NCBI GenBank assembly: GCA_964016885.1
Contig: OZ024742.1
Location: 87,048,001-87,112,000 of the forward strand
DNA from: Eledone cirrhosa
Taxonomy: Eukaryota
Reading direction: 5' to 3'
Length of the DNA stretch: 64,000 nucleotides
Part shown: in pieces, positions 59,720 to 64,000 of the stretch
Layout of the letters: each line of letters starts with the position of its first letter
Position numbering within the stretch: position 1 is the stretch's first letter
Position numbers and translations under genes: made by a program
Notes under the pieces: generated by a model
What the model was told of the DNA's origin: nothing
Databases searched by the model: none
The model's input: only the letters and a program-made list of their open reading frames with translations

Positions 59720-60400
59720 ATGTTAGTCTCATTTTCACATGCTAAGAATGTATCTTCTAATTTGAACAGAAGGAGATGGGTGATGTGCTGGTATAATGGT
59801 GGCATAATGGTCTGGATAACCAAAGATGTGGGTTCGACTCCCATGCACGTGAATACTCATCTTTTTTCATGTTTCTCTGAGGGTTCTAAATGCCAGAGAA
59901 AAATGGAAAAATATGAGTATTCACGTACATGGAAGTCGAACCCATATCTTTGGATATCCAGACCACTGTGCCCCCACTATAGCAGCACATCACCCATCTC
60001 CTTCCTTTCAAATTAGAAGCTACATTCTTAGAAAGTGAAAATGAGCCCACTATCAGGCTAAAATTTACTTTAGTCAAAAATACGGTGATAGCTTATATTT
60101 CTAATTAAAACTCGCTCACTGTTTCAAAAACATACTTACTTGTTATTTTCACATGTTAAGAATGTAGCTTCTAATTCGAATGGAAGGAGATGGGTGATGT
60201 GTTGGTGCCATGGTAGCACAGTGGTTTGGTTAACAACAGATGAGTGTTCGATTCCCATGTACGTCAATACTCATCTTTTTCCATTTTCCTTGAGGGTTCT
60301 AAACCCCAGTTTCAGGTTAAACATTACTTTAGTCAAAAATACCGTGATAGCTATATTTCTAATTTCAAACTCACTCACTATTACAAAAATATACTTACTT
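59720..60400. mobile_element. Family L composite (+/-/+ copies), each with a tRNA-like cloverleaf
   Basis: Copies at ~59720-59889 (+), ~59893-60048 (-) and ~60142-60400 (+). 60052-60139 repeats 60311-60399. Confidence 0.75.
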
Positions 60401-60413
60401 TATATATATATAT

Positions 60414-62681
60414 AAGAAACGAATCGCTGCTTTCTCCCTTAATGGATCTTCTGAAACCCAAAAAATCAATCTGTGAACGCAGAAGTAACTATTTCGAAAA
60501 ACGTTGAACCGAAGGACAACAGCAATACGTTCCCTGGCAATGAACGAAAAAAAGCGAAGACAATACGTCGTTATGTAGAGAGTTGAGAACAATTACACGC
60601 AAAGTGAAAACCACGTTCATGGTATAAATGGAGTCGTAGACGAATGATTCTCGGCTTCAGAGTTAAGAATAATGTAAATAAATTAACGGAACGAAAATGA
60701 CAGAGGTTTTAAAATCATAAAAGTAATAATAATTAAATAAATACATACACGCATCGATATACGTACACATACGTGTTTTCGCGAAAACACCCGCCATGCA
60801 TGCACGTACACATAAACACGCGCACACACACATAAACCCGCGTGACACATGTACCCGCACACATACGAACATATACACCAAATACACACAAACAAATATA
60901 TATGTGTGTGTATGTATACATATAATTATATAAACGTATATAAATATACACACATAAATATGTATATAAAGCACCCACACACATACATACAGGTAAATAC
61001 ACATATGTTCACCAAGCGTATGTCAAGCAAAACACAATGTACACATATACACACCTTTCAAACGTGCATACAGCCATACACGCATACCCCAAAAAACACA
61101 AAATACACTTATACACATAACCATACACATATATCAGTATATATAATATAATATATACACCTATAACAAATACAATCAATAAACGTACCGGTATGGTATA
61201 CTTACCTATACAAATACGTAATTTTATAAACATAACATATACTTAGCTACCACATCAAAACGTTAATTATCCGCGTATTGTTCGTACTAGCCGTTAGGGT
61301 ATAATGTGGGGCTGTTATGCAATTTGTGTTTATAAGCCGACATTGCCTCACGTTTTTTGTAAAAGATGGTCATTGGCGTAGAATATTTCCAGCGCTTCAG
61401 CGGCGCAAAGATCGCATGGTTTTCTAATTCCTTTATACGATCTACCTACGGTAGCATCCCCCAGTGTAAACTATATTGGATGTGGTTGTCTTTTAGACTC
61501 AAGATATAAGCTGAAAGGGACGTCATATTCCTTATTAAAGGGTTAAGAAAATAATGGGTGTGCATGTAAATACACTGCTTTAATCTATTGGCGGTTAACC
61601 CTGGAAATGCCTACGCCAATGATCACATCTTAAGAAAAAAACTGTATTACGGCCCCACATTATACCCTAACGGATAGTACGTACGATACGGTGTTAATTT
61701 CCGTCTGGATATGGTAGCTAAATATATGTTATGTTTATACCATCACTTATTTATATAGGTTAGTATACCTTATCCGTATGCTTTTTTTTGTGAATGTACG
61801 TATACTTTCTAGTACGTGTATATGCTTGTATTTGTTATAGGTATATATATTATATTATATGTACTGGGATATGTGTATGGTTATGTGTATATGTGTATTT
61901 TGTGTTTGTGTGTGTATGCGTGTATGCACGTGTGTAATGTGTGTATATGAGTACATTGTGTTTTGGTTGACGTAGTTTGGTGAACATATGTGTATTTGCC
62001 CGTATGTATGTGTGTGGGTGCCTTATATACATATTTATGTGTATATATATATATATATATATACGTTTAAATAATTATATGTATACATACACACACCCAT
62101 ACTATGTGTATTTGGTGTATACGTTTGTATATGTGCGTGAACATATGTCGTACGGTTTTATATATGTGAGCGCGTGTTTATGTGTACCTGCATGTATATG
62201 CATGCATTGCGGGTGTTTTCACGTATGCACGTGTATGTATATATTTAATTATTATTACTTTTATGATTTTAATAATCTTTGTCATTTTCGTTCTAGTCAT
62301 TTATTTACATTTCTTCTTAACTCTTATCGCCGAGAATCATTCGGTTTCCTAAATAGAATATTAGTCTACGTGTCCATTTATACCATAAACGTGGTTTTGT
62401 TTTTATCTTTCGATCCACATAACGACGTATTATTTTCGCTTTTTTCCTTCCATTGCCTGGGAACGTCTTCACGAACCAAAGTATCGTCTTTCTGGTTTCC
62501 TTCCGTTGCTACATTTATCGAAATATTTACTTCTGCATTCACACATTTATTTGTTTAGTTACAGAAGATCCAGTTATGGTGGAAAAAACGATTCTTTGCT
62601 TTAACTTCAATCTGTTATTTTAATAGATATGTGCTCTAGGTTTGTTATGTATTTGATATATATTTACCCTTATCGAGCCCT

Positions 62682-62685
<4 letters not shown>
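60414..62685 (+). mobile_element. 2.3-kb fold-back element (family C) with decayed GIY-YIG remnant at its centre
   Basis: ~1-kb diverged inverted arms at ~60416-61392 and ~61600-62595. Central + strand LYDL..NYIG (YIG at 61472-61480) and TLYPNG (61657-61674). Tail matches 13510-13560. Confidence 0.75.
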
Positions 62686-62729
<44 letters not shown>

Positions 62730-62776
62730 GCAACCACGCACGCACGCACAAATACATACGCACCACATACACACGC

Positions 62777-62868
<92 letters not shown>

Positions 62869-62916
62869 GCGTGTGTATGTGTGTGCGTATGTATTTGTGC
62901 GCGTGTGTGTGTGTGC

Positions 62917-62961
<45 letters not shown>

Positions 62962-62964
<3 letters not shown>

Positions 62965-63249
62965 CCACTCGATGCTCGGATAGAGCAGAGTATGATATCA
63001 CAGAAAGAAAGAGAATCAGTGCTGGGACGAATGGAATTTATTGGACATATTACAATCAGATACGTCTTGATTCTACGAAGCAGGAACATCTGCTTCGTAG
63101 AATCAAGGCGTATATGAGGACCTTGTGATTTTCAGAGTCAGGTTCGATCATCACATCGATTGTACCTCGAGCTGGTCGCCAGAGAAACGATTGTAATTTG
63201 TCCAATACATTCTATTTGTCGCAGCACTGATTCTCATTCTTTTCTGTGA

Positions 63250-63252
<3 letters not shown>
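62962..63252. mobile_element. Nested-hairpin mini-element in (TA)n
   Basis: Outer arms at ~62993-63056 and ~63189-63252. Inner 23-bp hairpin at 63061-63112. ATGAGGA..GAAAC..GTC hammerhead-like remnant. Confidence 0.7.
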
Positions 63253-63431
<179 letters not shown>

Positions 63432-64000
63432 AATGGAATCGGTAAAATCAGTTAGATTTTTACACACCAGAGTACTGGATAATATGGAAAACTCGGTATT
63501 CCAACGGCTGAGGGCCTGCCTTTTTAACAGCTAGATCCGAACTCCATGAGTGTATGTATACATGTATGCATCTATGTGTATATGCGTATGTGTGTATATT
63601 GAAGAATGTTTTGTTGAAGTTTAATTACCTATTAAAATGCGGCCTTCATCTGTTTCATTACTGAAAATTATATATACTCACACGCATATTCATACATATC
63701 CCTTAAATCTGACACGCATACAGAAATATGTAAAGAGAGTGTAATTTTAAAACTTCGTGTTATTTATTACTACTCCACTAAATATTAAAAAAAAATCCTC
63801 CGATATAACACCCGTGTAATGAATAATTGTTATATGGTTATTCACCCATTCGAGCTGTCATGTTCACAAGAGATTAACGGCAATAATATGATCTCTAATG
63901 TTTAATTTCGTGAGTCAAAATACACATAGTTGTCATCATTAAATTATCCAATTGTCAATTACGTTTTTGGCGTAATAAACCGTTCCTCAGTAAGTTCGCA

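Overview
AT-rich, microsatellite-dense eukaryotic DNA with no confidently identifiable host gene. It is most likely an octopus or other cephalopod intergenic/intronic region, inferred from the SINE family, the LINE tails and the (TA)n/(CA)n load. Almost all ORF-track entries are microsatellite or antisense artefacts. Recognisable elements: about 13 copies of a tRNA-type SINE (several with clean TSDs); a near-complete, extremely C-rich Penelope-like retroelement (RT + GIY-YIG, Neptune type, 50.4-55.0 kb); a full-length Tc1 (DD34E, IR/DR) fossil; and fragments of Gypsy, CR1-like, RTE-like, L1/Tx1-like and RLE-type LINEs. The most striking signal is a set of more than a dozen short fold-back (inverted-repeat) or partial-tandem elements sitting in (TA)n tracts. 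Several carry type-I hammerhead ribozyme folds, including one with a U3-A8 swapped catalytic core. Two retain GIY-YIG remnants, and many share a TYGAG motif near the 3' end. They look like a Penelope-driven population of ribozyme-bearing mini-elements. One further fold-back family carries a complete tRNA-like cloverleaf on an extended stem. All folds and alignments were read by eye, not computed.
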